Assembly: GCF_009914755.1 (NCBI RefSeq)
Contig: NC_060932.1
Source: the human T2T-CHM13v2.0 reference genome, Homo sapiens
DNA length: 64,000 nucleotides
Reading direction: 5' to 3' (one strand)
Shown here: positions 12,614-26,207 of the stretch, one piece after another
How positions within the stretch are numbered: the first letter of the stretch is position 1
Layout of the letters: every line of letters begins with the position of its first letter
The notes under the pieces: model-generated
Told to the model about the DNA's origin: nothing
The model's database searches: none
Seen by the model: the letters and a program-made list of their open reading frames with translations, nothing else
Translations under genes and position numbers: made by a program

Positions 12614-12849
12614 CTTCCTTCCTTCCTTCTTTTTTCTTTCTTTTCTTCCTTCCTTTTCTCCTTCCTTCTACCCCACCTTTCTCTTTCACTCTCTGCTTCC
12701 CTTTCTTTTCATCCATCCCTTCCTTCCTTCCCTCCCTCTCTCTTTCCTTCCTTCCTCCCTCCCTCCCTCCTTCCCTCCCTGCTTGACCTTTCCTTCCTTC
12801 CTTCCTTCCTTCCTTCCTTCCTTCCTTCCTTCCTTCCTTCCTTCCTTCC
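12614..12849 (+). repeat. (CTTC)n / CT-rich simple repeat
   Basis: Pyrimidine-rich tract with a pure TTCC run at about 12790-12849. Confidence 0.95.
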
Positions 12850-12879
12850 AAAAACTTCAGGATACTAAAACAATAATGA

Positions 12880-13070
12880 TAATGAGAACAACTATAGGTA
12901 ATATTTGTGGAGCACTTACTATGAGCCAGGAACTGCTAGTTTGCAAAAATCAACAATCAATGTAGTAAGTCCTACTATTATCCCCACTTTACAGATAAAG
13001 AGTCCTAGATACAGAGAGATCTAACAGCTTGCCCAATATGTCATAGAATAGGTAGATGTAACAGAAGCAT
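12880..13070 (-). mobile_element. MIR
   Basis: MIR core TACTATTATCCCCACTTTACAGATAAAGAG...CAGAGAGATCTAACAGCTTGCCCAA. Confidence 0.75.
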
Positions 13071-14038
13071 TGTTAGCCTATACAGAGCCTTTGGGCAGTT
13101 TATATAAAAGCATCTCTACCTCTAACTGCAGGAATGACAAAAGGCACTCCTTTCCATGGTCATGTGGCCCCATATCAGGGCACACTGCTGGGCTGGGAGA
13201 TGAGGAATGGCTGCCAGGCTCCTACTGCACTTTTGCCCTGGTTCCATGGGGGCAACACACAACTGTACAGCCTTACAGTCCCTAGACTTAAATACAAGGA
13301 ATATTAAATGAAAATGTTAATAGCATTGACACTCATATTAAAAATATTATCTTAGAAATTCATTAGTTTACTAAAGCTGTTAGAATAAAACATTTCAGGA
13401 AGGTGTGTATCATCAATATAAATACGGGTTATAAACCAACAGTATTTTAATATATGAGCAATAAATAATCACAAGATTTAATAAATACAAATCTATTTTT
13501 ACTAGCCATTATCATCCAGAAATATTCTTGACCAAAAAAGTCCCTCAACTAGAATATATGTGAACTATGTGAAGGTAATTATAATATTTTAAAGAGATAA
13601 AATTAGAATTTAATTATATTGACTGATTATATAATACTTCTAATTAGAAAGATTATATATTTTAGAGGTAGAATTTTTTTTTACCAAATTAAAATATATA
13701 AAATTTGAACAGATTCACATCACAACTAGAAGACTTAATTTATAAAATAGCAAAACAAGTTTGCACAAATATTTAAAAATATTAAGACAACTATTTGGTA
13801 GGTGGAATTCTAAGAAAGCCCTCATGATCTGTCCTTTGTGTTACATCTGTATAACTTCCTCCCTTTGTGTGTGGATGGAACCTGTGATTTGCTTCCAACC
13901 AAAAGAGTGTGGCAAAGTTGATACAATGTTACTTCTATTATTATATTTCATAAGACTTAATCTTACCTGACTGGGGAGGAAGACCATCCACCTTGAAGTA
14001 GCAACCTGCCATGTTGTGACTACTTATGGAAAGGGCCA

Positions 14039-16695
14039 TGTATTCGTTCGTCCTCATGCTTCTGTGAAGAAATACCTGAGACTGGGTAATTTACAAAGGA
14101 AAGAGGTTTAATTGACTCACTTCCACAGGGCGGGGGAGGCCTCAGGAAACTTACAGTCATGGTGGAAAAGGAAGCAAACACGTTCTTCTTCACATGGCAG
14201 CAGGAAAAAGGAATGCAGAATGAAGGTGGGAAAGGCCCCTTACTTTAATAAAACCATCAGATCTTGTAAGAACTCCATCAGTATCATGAGAACAGCATGG
14301 GAGTCATCACCACCATGATTCAATTACTTCCCACTGGGCCCCTGCCATGATATATGGAATTATAGGAACTACAATTCAAGATATTTCAGTGGGGACACAG
14401 CCAAACCATACCATTCTGCCCCTGGCCCCTTCCACATGTCATGTCCTCACATTTCAAAACACAATCATGGTTGGGCGCAGTGGCCCATCCCTGTAATCCC
14501 AACACTTTGGGAGGGCAAGGTGGGTGGATCACTTGAAGTCAGAAGTTTGAGACCAGCATGGCCAACATGGTGAAACCCTGTCCCTACTAATAATACAAAA
14601 ATTAGCTGGGCATGGTGGTACATACCTGTAATCCCAGCTACTCAGGAGGCTGAGGCAGGAGAATCACTTGAACCTGGGAGACAGAGGTTGCAGTGAGCCA
14701 AGATCATGTCACTTCACTCCAGCCTGGGCAACAGCACAAGACTCCATCTAAAAAACAGATAAACAAAGACACACACACACACACAATCGTGCCTTCCCAA
14801 AAGTACCCCTAATGTCTTAACTCATTCAAGCATTAACTCAAAAGTCCAAGTTCAAAGTGTCATTTAAGACAAAGCAAGTCCCTTTTGCTTATGAGCCTGT
14901 AAAACCAAAAGCAAATTAATTACTTACTAGATACAATGGGGATACAGGCATTGAGGAAATACACCCATTCCAAATGAGAGAAATTGACCAAAACAAAAAG
15001 ACTAGAGGCCCCATGCAAGTCCAGAATCCAAATAGCAGAGTCATTAAACAATAAAGTTCCAAAATGATCTCCTTTGACTCCACGTGTCACAGCCAGGTCA
15101 TGCTGAGGCAAGAGGTGGGCTCCCAAAGCCTCGGGCAGCTCCACCCCTGTTGCTTTGCGTACAATCCTCAGTCCCAGCTGCTTTCACAGCTGGTGTTGAG
15201 TGTCTTTAGCTTTTCCAGGCATGTGGTGCAAGCTGTCAGTGGATCTACCCTTCTGCGATCTGGAGGACAGTGGCCCTCTTCTCACAGCTCCACTAGGCAG
15301 TGTTCCAGTTGGGACTCTGTGTGGGGATTCCAACCCCACATTTCCTTTCTGCACTGCCCCAGCAGAGGTTTTCCATGAGGGCTCCACCTCTGCAGCATAA
15401 TTCTGCCTGGACATCCAGGCATTTCCATACATCCTCTGAAATCTAGGTGGAGGTTCCCAAACCTCAATTCTTGTCTTCTGCACAACTGCAGGACCAACAC
15501 CACATGAATTCTTCTAAGGCTGGGGGCTTGCCTTCTCTGAAGCAATATCCTCAGCTGTACCTTGGTCCCTTTAACCATGGCTGGAGTGGCTGATATGCAG
15601 TCCCAAGGCTGCACGCAGTAGGAAGGCCCTGGACCCAGTCCATGTAACCATCTTTCCTTCCTGGGTCTGTGATGGGAAGGACTTCCCTGTGATGGGAAGG
15701 TCTCTGACATGCCCTGCAAACATTTTCCCTATTGTTTTGGAGATTAACATTTGGCTTATTGTTACTTATGCAAATTTATGCAGCAGGCTTGAATTTCTCC
15801 CCAGAAAATGGGGTTTTCTTTTCTATTGCATCATCAGTCTGCAAATTTTTGATAATTTTATGCTCTGTCACCTCTTAAACACTTTACTAGTTAGAAATTT
15901 CTTCCACCAGATACCCCAAATCATCTCTCTCAAGCTCAATGTTTCACAGATCTCTAGGGCAGGGGCAAAAAGCTGCCAGTCTCTTTGCTAAGCACAGCAA
16001 GAGTCACCTTTGCTCTAGCTCCCAACAAGTTTCTCATCTCCATCTGAGACCACCAAAGCCTTGACTTTATTGTCCATATCACTGTTAGCAGTTTGGGCAA
16101 AGTCATTCAGTAAGTCTCTAGGACATTCCAAACTTCCCCACAGCTTCCTGTCTTCTGAGCTTTCAAAGTCTCTAGGAACTTCCAAACATTCCAACATTTT
16201 CCTGTTTTCTTCTGAGCCCTCTAAACTATTTCAACCTCTGCCTATTACCTATTTCCAAAGTTTCTTCCACATTTTCAAGCTCCTTATAGCAGCACCCTAC
16301 TTCTGGTACAAATTTACTGTATTAGTTTCTTCTCATGCTGTTATGAAGAAATACCTGAGACTGGGTAATTTATAAAGGAAAGAGGATAACTTGACTCACA
16401 GTTCTGCAGAGCTGGGGAGGCCTCAGGAAACTTAAAATCATGATGGAAGGGGAAGCAAACACATCCTTCTTCACATGGTGGCAGCAAGGAGAAGTGCAGA
16501 GTGAAGGAGGTTGGGGAAGCCCCTTATAAAACCATCAGATCTTGTGAGAACTCACTCACTATCACAAGAATAGCATGGAGATAGCCACTCCCATGATTCA
16601 ATTACCTCCCACTGGGTTCCTCCCATAATATGTGGCAATCATGGGAACTATAATTCAAAATTAGATTTTGGCGTGGGCACAGCCAGACCATATCA
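14039..16695 (-). mobile_element. Complete THE1 (THE1D-like) MaLR element: LTR 14039-14413, internal 14414-16317, LTR 16318-16695
   Basis: Both LTRs read TGTATT...GAAGAAATACCTGAGACTGGGTAATTTA...CACAGCCA(A/G)ACCATA(C/T)CA, with THE1-int sequence between them. Perfect 5-bp TSD GGCCA at 14034-14038 and 16696-16700. Confidence 0.95.
14469..14780 (+). mobile_element. AluS inside THE1-int, tail partly converted to (CA)n
   Basis: Full Alu body. Flanks ACACAATCATG / ACACAATCGTG. Confidence 0.93.
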
Positions 16696-19358
16696 GGCCA
16701 CATGGCAGTGCACTGTTGGTGACCTCTAGGTTCTGAGGACAGCCTTTACTTGAGATCCAGTGGGAAACTGGCTCAGTCAAGGGAAGGTACCCCTTGTCCT
16801 GATCTCTGTGGCCTCATTAGTTTGGCAGCCTGTGCTAACAAAGCTGAAAGCTGCTAAGAGGTCAGGACAACTCCCAGGCCTTAGAAGCCTGCCCTAGGGG
16901 GACACAGCATCTGGACCCTCTGCCCTGGGGTGACTCCTCCCAAGAATAGTTCCTGGGAAGTTGCCCAGCCCTTCACTGGCCACACAGATGCAAGAAAACA
17001 AGTTTTGCTGACAACTTGAATGAATCTGGAAGTGTAGTTCTCCCTAGTTAAGCCTCCAGATGAGAATCTAGCCCAACTGACACCTTGATGTTAGCCTTGT
17101 GAAACCATGAGCAGAGGATCCAGTTAAACCGTGCCTGAACTCTTGATCTATAGGAACTGGGGCACAATAAATACGTTATTTTAAGCTGCTAAGTTTGTGG
17201 CAATTCATTATGCAGCAATAGAAAAAGAATACAGAAATTATAGAAACATTAAAGTCCTATATTACAGCAACTCTTACTGAAAATACAAGTATTGGTGCAT
17301 GGACAGGTAGATCAATGGAAGAGATAATTTCAACTTTAATTTTATTATAGGAGATAACCTAGTATATTACAAAACATCACAAATTACATTTAAGTATCCA
17401 CTCATGCCTGGTGTACTATTTACTCCTTTTCTCCATTTGGGAATCACGGATACATCACTGAAATAAATAACAGGCAGATTAGGCCCATTGTATTGTGAAA
17501 GTTCAAATCACAGGAAAGCTAAAATAAAGCATTTTTCAAATCTTAGTCCATTCTAAGCTTGAGAGTGATAAAAATAGGTCAGAGAGAAAAAGCCTACATG
17601 AATATTTAAAAACCGATCATCACAATTTTACAACTAAAATAAAATTTTTAAAATTAAAAGAATGTTTTCATTAAATATGAAAAAGTTTAATATATATATT
17701 ATATAGGGAGCAAATCCAATCTGTAAATTAAAGTGGGTGCAGAGCATAACTTACAAATGATAAAATGCAACTAGTAATTGTTATATTGTAGCATTTTTGC
17801 TTATGGAGGAAGAAGCTGGTCACCAATAAATATTCCTTACTTTGGTCAAAGCCTGAGGAGCATGAGTAGTGGGCAACTCAGGACTGACCCTCAGAAAGTT
17901 AGTGACCTGGCTCATCATGACAGCCCAGATTTCAATGGTAGTGAAAGTCAAATTATTCTTTTAATATAAAATTCCTTTTCAAAATGCCAAGTGCATGATT
18001 GTCAAGCTGGTAATCAAACTTTCTGTGGCTGTTTGCAATGAGCAATGTCCTTGCTTCTCTTGTACCATTGGAAAAAATTCTTCTGCTCAACACTCACCAA
18101 TCGGTGCTGGCTTGCTTGAACTTTGTGTCATGCAAGTGACAAGCAGGATTCTGTGAGATAAGAAGTAACTAAATAAGATTAGTGTCCTTAATCAGGACTA
18201 ATCAATCATTTCAAGTGGAAAATTTATTTGGATTTGAGTGACCTGAAGTGCATTAACAGCAGATTCCATAATAATACAGCAAATGGTCATATTTTTACAA
18301 TGCTCTACGATCCCCATAAGGAGCTAATTTACTTTTTTCCTTCTGAATTTTTCTAATCATAAAGATTCAATCCTCTGTCCCCACTGACTTCCCAGAATGG
18401 CTTTCATATGCATTTACATTCATGTTAAATGTGTGAATTGTTTTAATGGCACTTCTTTCACAACTTGAAATAATTATTTTGGTTGAGTTCACCATGCTTC
18501 AATATGTTGTGTTTGCCCCATTCTGAGATTTGTTTAAGAGTGTAGGGTAAGCTGATGACATTTCAAATAGCCTAATTTGTCTTTGTATACTGTATGTTCC
18601 AATCAAGGACATTTCAAAGAATATGAAAATTGTGTCAGAAAATATGTTATCAATATACAATCAATGTGTAAAGTGTAGAGGCACGTTTTTCCCCAATATT
18701 AATAGTTATTTTAAAAAAGGAGCTCTGGCAGAGGGTCACATGATTCTCCTAATAGCTTTCTCTGCAGGCGTCTCCATAATTATTCTACCCTGTGGTATGC
18801 CCTGTCAGTACAGCTAAGTATGACAGAGCCAATGAAGTGATCAATGCTTTTCAGGATCTCTTTTCAACTGAGCAATGAATGATTGCTGAGTGCAGATAGT
18901 TGTCCATTGGTGAGTACTCTCATTAGTGACATTAAGCCTGTGACACCAGTGAATGAAAAGTGAACTGAGGTTGTTGATGGTCAGCAAGTCAGCTCCCGGC
19001 AAGTGAAATATTCATTCAAAATTATTAGCCAACTACTGAGGTCTGCAATGACAACTAGGGTTACTTTCAATTTCTATGTAGGTTTATATTTTATTAGTTA
19101 TTCAAGGTAAAGTTAATTTCAATGAATAATTCTTGACAGTGGCAGCTTTTTTCAGTACTGTCATTTTAGGCTTGAAAAAACAAAAGGACAAATCACTGCC
19201 TGAGTGTGTATGTGAGTTTGTTGTATGTTTGCATGTAAGTGAGCTTTGTCATCTTCCTAGGAGGTACTTACATTATTAAGAAAAAATGGACATTTTTTAA
19301 CAGCTAATATTTTGATTGCTTACTATAAACCATGTACTCTATTAAAATGCTTTGTACA

Positions 19359-19650
19359 GCCAGATGCAGTGGCTCACACCTGTAATCCCGGCACTTTGTG
19401 AGGCCAAGGTGGGTGAATCACCTGAGGTCAGGAGTTCGAGACCAGCCTGACCAACATGGAGAAACCCTGTCTCTACTGAAAATACAAAATCAGCTGGGCA
19501 TGGTGGCACATTTCTGTAATCCCAGCTACTTAGGAAGGCTGAGGCAGGAGAATCCCTTGAACTCGGGAGGCAGCGATTGCGGTGAGCCAAGATCACCGTT
19601 GCACTCCAGCCTGAGCCACAAGAGCGAAACTCCATCTGAAAAAAAAAAAA
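19359..19650 (+). mobile_element. AluS (Sp-like)
   Basis: AGCCTGACCAACATGGAGAAACC diagnostic. TSD AAAATGCTTTGTACA. Confidence 0.93.
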
Positions 19651-20224
19651 TGCTTTGTACATTATACTTTATTTTCTCCTTAAATTTAATAGGATTTAAT
19701 GTGAGCCATGGGGCTTCGGTTAAAAGTATATTGAAATTCCGCAATTCAAAATGGAGAAGATAGGTCTTAATAGTAATGCATATTAAAAAAAAAGTTAGGA
19801 TTTTAGCTAAATATAATCATAGTACAAGCCGTCTACTGGTGTGGTTGTCAAGAAAATTAACATATAGCTGCATTATTAGTATAACAACTGAAAAATAAGA
19901 ACTATAGTGCAGATCAGACCCCTGCAAAGCAAGTATTCACTTTTGGTTGTGTATTTTTAATGGGAGACTGGTAAATTGGCCAACTACTGAGGTCTGCAAT
20001 GACAACTACTATTGTAGCCCACTTGGATGAAAGTAACCATATGGTGGGTACTCAAGCAACCCTATCATATGATGAACAGTTCAAGTAACTTTGGAACTTA
20101 GCTACAGAAAATACATATAAATCCCATGAAAGGTATCTTCAAGCACATTTACACCTGTTCAACACAGGGACTGTGTTCCTGGAAAGAGGAGTGTGGATTT
20201 CATCAGCATTATAAGAATTGGAAC

Positions 20225-22650
20225 AATATGGTCCATATAGATATCTATGGATATCCAATTGCCCCAGCACCATTTATTGAAAAGACCATGAATTTTTCAA
20301 TGCTCTGAAGTACCAACTTTGCTCTAGATAAAACAGTGATGTATTCAAGTGTTTAGTTCTGGGCTCTATTTTCTTGCCTGATCTAGTTGTGTAGTTTTAT
20401 GCTGACATTGTATCACCTCAGTTACTTAACTTTTTAATTAGGCTTGATATCTGATAATATTGTGAAACCTTGTTCTTTGACTCTTGAGAGTCATAGCTGT
20501 TCTGGACCCTCGAATCACTATATAAAGGTTAGAATAAGATGATTTTGAGGGGAATATTTGGGATTTTAATCAGGGTTCTATTATCTATATATTTATTTGA
20601 GGAAAATTGACATATTTTCAGTATTGAGTCTTCCAATCCAAGTTTATTCATCCATTTATTTAAAACTTCAAAAACTTCTCTCAATAGAGTTTATAATTTT
20701 CTGAAAGGAGGATTTACATATATCTTTTGTTGAATTATTTCTAGCAGTTTTATATTTTGATGCTATTATAAATGATATATTTAAAAATTTTTATTTTTTA
20801 TTTACTTATTGCTACTTTATAGAAATGCAATTGATTTTTGTATACTGACCTTATTTCTAACACTTTGCTAAACTCACTTGTTAAATCAAAAATTTATCTG
20901 TCATTTTGTAGGTTTCTCTTATATACAATCATATTATCTGTGAAATGTTGAAAGCTGTATTCCTTCTTTCTAATCTTTATACCCTTTTTCCCCTAGCATT
21001 GTTACTACACTGGCTTCTACCTTCAGTAAAATGTTACTCTTGGCAATCAGCATAGAGTTGTGGTTCTCTCCATAACCTAAAAACAACCTTTATTACAGAC
21101 GTTAGTCTACTGACATTTGCCAATATTCCTAACATATCTGATTTAAATAAATAATCTCGCTTTCTTTTTATCTTTTGTATATTAGATTTTTCTTCCATCT
21201 TGTTATCTTTTGTATATTTTTATTATATGGTTATCCAATTTTCAGCTTAAAAATATAGATTATTTTACTATCATTTTGTTTCTGTAGAATTCTTCTCAAT
21301 TTATCAAAGTATAATGCGAATTGATACTTTTATTTTCTTTCTGAGTAAGGAAGGGGCTTAGAACACATTAAATCCACTGTCTTCTTTGTTGAATTACATG
21401 TTACTTTTCTGTCTTTTAATTTTTTTATATTTTAAAATTTAAAGGATGTTATTGTTTTATAAAGTCAATATTACATTTTTTTGACCTTTGTTTCTAGTCA
21501 TCTCTCCAATTTTATTTGTCTGAAGGAGCACCTTTTTAATATTTCTCTTAGCTCAGATATTCTAGTAACCCACCTTCCTAGTTTTTGTTTGTCTGAAAAT
21601 GTTATTATTTACTTTTACTTTTAAAGGATACTTTCTCTGGCTGTAGAATTCTAGATTGTGTCCTAGTGTAGGTGCCATATTATTTATCTTATTTTGAATT
21701 TAATTGGCTTTTAAAATCTGTAATTTATCATCTTTCATCACTTTAGTACAACAGACATTAATTTAAAATTTGCTTCTGTTCCATTCACTCTCTTTTCTTC
21801 TTCTAGAACAAAATTACATGTATGTTAGACCTTCTCAACTTATCCCCTGTGTCTCTTATCCTCTAGATGTTTCATCAATTGTCTCTCCATATTGCAATAT
21901 GGCAATAATTTTAAAAATAAGTTTTGGCTCAGAAATTCTCCATCTATGTTTATTCTGTTGTTGCTTCAATCTGTTTGGTTCTTAATTTGGTGGTGTCTTT
22001 CAGTCTTGTAATTTCATCTCTTCCATATGTTTCTTATAGATTTTCTAGTTCTTTGAAGAAGCTCTAATTTTGTCTTTTATATCCTTGAAACATGGTAAGT
22101 ATAGTTTATTTTACAGCATATGTCTGTTTAATATTTAGAATTCTTAAGAATTTGTTTCTATTGTCTGTTTTTCTGTTGTTTTGTTTATAATGTCTTTCTT
22201 CTCTTGGGCCTGATTATTTATTTATGTGACAAGTCACTGTATTTGAAAAATTCTGGAAATATTTTGATGGCAGTGATGTTATCTTTCTCCAGAGAGGATT
22301 TACATTGCTTCTGATGGACTTCAAATAGCACCAGAAATTTGGATTTCTTAATACAGTTTAAGGAATTGATATTATCTAATGTTGGATGTAGTCCCTCTGT
22401 GGCATTATTTCTAGTTTGCCCTTATTATGAGAATGCAGTTCTTTGAGGAACCAAACCAATTTGTGGGAATATTTACTAGGCACACTCTTAGCAGGCATGA
22501 TTTCCAATCTTTGTTCTCCCTTTTCCATTTAAAAACATCAGAAACTGACAGATTTATAAGGGGAAGGCAACTCCGAATAGTGGGTTTACTTTTCTTCATG
22601 GCATTATTAGCCCTCTAATGCCTTTATGTAAATATTTTTATGTTTTGTCC
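20225..22650 (-). mobile_element. Old L1M fragments
   Basis: T-rich sequence with L1 ORF2/3' antisense motifs (CCCCAGCACCATTTATTGAAAAGAC; TATTGAGTCTTCCAATCCA; AGAAATGCAATTGATTTTTGTATA). Confidence 0.75.
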
Positions 22651-25600
22651 AAGTCTTGAAGTTGTCCTCCCAATTTTCTACCAGCCTTAGGAGAAAACTG
22701 GGACTTGCTCAAAGACACACACCTATAAATAGGAGAGTTGGCGCTCAAACCCAGTTCACTGTAGCTCTAAAGTCCATCTTCTTAACCTATATGTGATACT
22801 TTCCCACTACATGGTTGTTGATAAGTTTCAAAGAACAATGCACAATGATTCCTAGATGTCACCAGAGAAGTACGGATGATTAGAGACTATGAACACCAAT
22901 ATAGTCTTGTAGCAACATTTGACAGTTAATAGTAGCCAGAGTTAGACTTCATTCTTTTAGGTTTAGTGACCCAGTGTTGTCAGCATGACAGTGATTTAAA
23001 TTCTCAGACATAGTCACAATACTAGGTTCATGAAAGGTAATGTGCAAGTCAGAATGCCAGTGTATCAATGTATAATTTAAAAAATTAAGCTATCCTGAAC
23101 ATTGGAAGGTTTATGTGAGACAACTAGTGATTTCTATGACTGTTGATAAATGATTGAAACAAAGATGAACTGGAATCAGAAGGTTCTATGTAATCAGAAT
23201 TATGAAATCAGAATAAGAATTATTCAGATGTTACATAGTTACACTACCCCAGTCTCCAGTCATGAGTTCTTAAATCCATGGACCAGGACATCCTCTCCTC
23301 TACATGAGTGAGTGCTGCCACCTTATTAATTTTGAAGTTTCCCTTTTCAGTGTGCTAAGATAGCCAACCCCTTTTTAAATCAGTCTTGCCTCTATGAAGA
23401 AATATCCAGAACACTTTGGAGATTTGGATATTCTAAAACTTTTCAATTAAATAATGAATTACACTCTTATTTTAGTTTTGGAATAGTCAAATATATTGAT
23501 TGTGTAGGAAGACTTTTTTTAAACAATAATTCAGTGTGCATCTTTATACAATTCCAGATAGGTGTTATACACATTGTTCTTGTCTGATATATACTGAGAA
23601 AATCAAGTATTTAGAATTTTATAAATTCTGTAAAAATTGCTTCAATTAGAATATAATTTAATATTTTGAAAACTAATAGTTTCAAAAATTGTGATTAAAG
23701 TCATATGGATGTATATCCTTGTGTAAGTTAAAATTATCATTAAATATTTATTTTAATTTTACTTCCTATAATTATTACAATCACCGATGTAATTACTTCT
23801 TTATATATTCAAGTTAGACATTTGGCTTTTCAGGATTTTGTTTGTAAAGAAAAAGCTTTGGAGTAGATGATATTGAAGATATGTTCCTGATCTAAAATTT
23901 CACAACTACTTCATTAATACAGATTAGGAAGAAAGTCATTCTACTGGCTGCATTTTAAATTTAGGTACAATGCACATGTGTGCTGCCATCATTAGTTAGG
24001 GCTGGGTGTAGAAGCATCGCCTCTTCCATATAATGATGCACTTGAGAGCTGAGCTCAATTGTTTAGAGATAGAATGTTAAATATGTCTACGTCTGGTGCT
24101 TATAGATTAACAAAGTTTAAATATTGACAATTTGACCATATTTTTTTCCAGCAAATAAACTTGGAAAAAAGTTGGAGAAAGAATACAAAGATAAAGAACA
24201 CACATTTTTCTCATGCCTTAAAAATGCAGTTCCACCCTTATAATTGTGCAGTTATTATTATGGAATTACTTATTCTCATGGCAGCCTTTTGACTTTGCTA
24301 TTGAAATTTTAAATCCCCTGTTGCTACCGGGAAGCATTTATTATACGCAAGTATAACATTTTTCCTTTGATTTTTGAAGATGTTGTTTATAAAAATTTCA
24401 TGAGATACAGTGTTTCTATACACATTTTAATATTTGAAAACTTTTTAATGAACCAAATACGGAAGGTTTCAGGGCAAAAGCAAGTTATCTTGGTCATAAA
24501 TATTTCAATCTTTTTTCACCATTTTCCAGTGTAAGTATAAGCATTTCTTTTAGAGATTTTAGAACATTCTTTGCATTTTTCAGTCTTCACAAATTAAAAT
24601 GACTGAACAATGGCCATCTGCTTTAACTCAGTACTTAACTTATAATCTTGTATTTTTAAAACTTGTCTCTTTAAAGTGCGATTGATCTCCATTAACGTAT
24701 TATTTCTCTGTGTATTTTTTTCATGTTTCACAATATACTTAGTGTTTCCACCTGAGAAGACCAAAGACTATCCTTTGATTTTCATGCTCCTCTACAATAG
24801 CTGAAACTAGTTTGACCTAAGAGTAGTTAGCACTTGAGTTTTTCTTGAAAATAATTATCTAAAAAATAATAGCCAAATAACTTATATTCTAAAAACAGGC
24901 ACACTTAATCTCCTTTACAACTCTAGCAAATCAGATTTTGAACATACGTTAAGCATTCTGAGGTGTGGGCAAGTAATCATCTGTTCTTTCAGTATTTAAT
25001 TGCTTTTTTAATTGCAACTGTGATTTTGACCTCCAATATAAAGCAAGCATGACTTACTGGGTTACTCAGACAGCAGCAGAAGTGCTTGTAGATGAATGTT
25101 ATCTTACTCATCAAATTCTGACAAAGTGTTTAGTTAATTTACAAACCACTTGCACACAGAGAGACACTTAAAAATGTGTTTTCAATGAATGGATCTAATA
25201 AAATTTTAGGTAATATATAATTACAATGGTAAAAATACTGTTTTGTTTTTTCATTTCGGAAGTATTAAGGGGTAATGAAAGGAAATATCAATTGCTTTTC
25301 CACTTTAACCCAATTTAATCTTTACAACAAATCTTTTAATTGGGTTTTATGTAAAGAAACAATACCAAGGCTCCAGGTGATTAAATACGTCACCAGTATG
25401 TCAATGTTTCTCAGTGTGTATGTGTTTAGGCCAAGGTTTGAGCCTGGACGTGTCTTGTTAATAATCTTGCTTGTGTTTTGGTAAGCTAATTTTAAGTATT
25501 TTCTAAAAGCAAGGGATATATAGTAAATAAGTACATCCATAAAATTAACAAATCAGAGGAAAGATAATTTGTCAGAATCTGTTTAGGATGTAACCTGTTT

Positions 25601-26207
25601 AGGTAGAGCATTATTAAAGTACATTTGAGGAATCTACAGATAGAATTGCTATTTTCTCTTTCCTTTCTCAACCAAGTCACCTGCCCTCCATCATTCCTTT
25701 CTCCTCCTAAAGCCTCTCTCAGCCAAGAGGGAAGTGCTCTGGAACTTTGTTGTACCCTTGGAGGAGGTAAAGCCTCAGAGCTCTTAAGCTAATCCAAGAC
25801 ACTCTCATACAGAAAGAAAAATAGTAAGCACCTTTTGGTACTTCAGTGCCTATGAATAGAGCAAGTTCAGAAACTATCTTGAACAAAACTGCATGCTGCA
25901 TGTGACGTAGGAACTAATAGAGATATGGTTGAGGTGAGGAAAAGGGACAAGTCTTTGTTTCTATAAACTACACCTGCTAATTTGGTGCTAAGATGAAGCC
26001 ATTTTTAGGATGAATAAACACATCTCTGCTTTGTAAACGTACCCGTTTATACATTTTTTTGTATTACTTGATAGCTTTGGTATTATTTCATCATTTATCT
26101 GTTATTGTTACCCTGGCTGCCTCTGCTGTTGTTACTGTTTTGAAAAGTAACTTGAATAATTATGACCAGGAAATTTTGGCAATGCCTATGTCAAGCAGTG
26201 GCAGATA

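Larger units (their letters stand above)
13795..17233 (+). mobile_element. MLT1 (MLT1E-like, ERVL-MaLR) LTR split by a THE1 element (14039-16695) and a ~200-bp unrelated insert
   Basis: 5' part TGGTAGGTGGAATTCTAAG...CCTGCCATGTTGTG. 3' part GCCTCCAGATGAGAA...TTTTAAGCTGCTAAGTTTGTGG...GCAGCAATAGAAAAAGAATACA. Confidence 0.8.

Noticed and set aside
12581-12965. EGRK/PSFL-repeat ORFs
   Set aside because: Translations of the (CTTC)n simple repeat.
14920-16375. Cluster of 60-145 aa ORFs
   Set aside because: Fragments of THE1 internal sequence, fully explained by the MaLR element.
19028-20008. 30-bp direct repeat as a CRISPR-like array or the TSD of a 920-bp element
   Set aside because: Only two copies in primate DNA, no spacer periodicity, and the intervening sequence has no element termini or poly(A).
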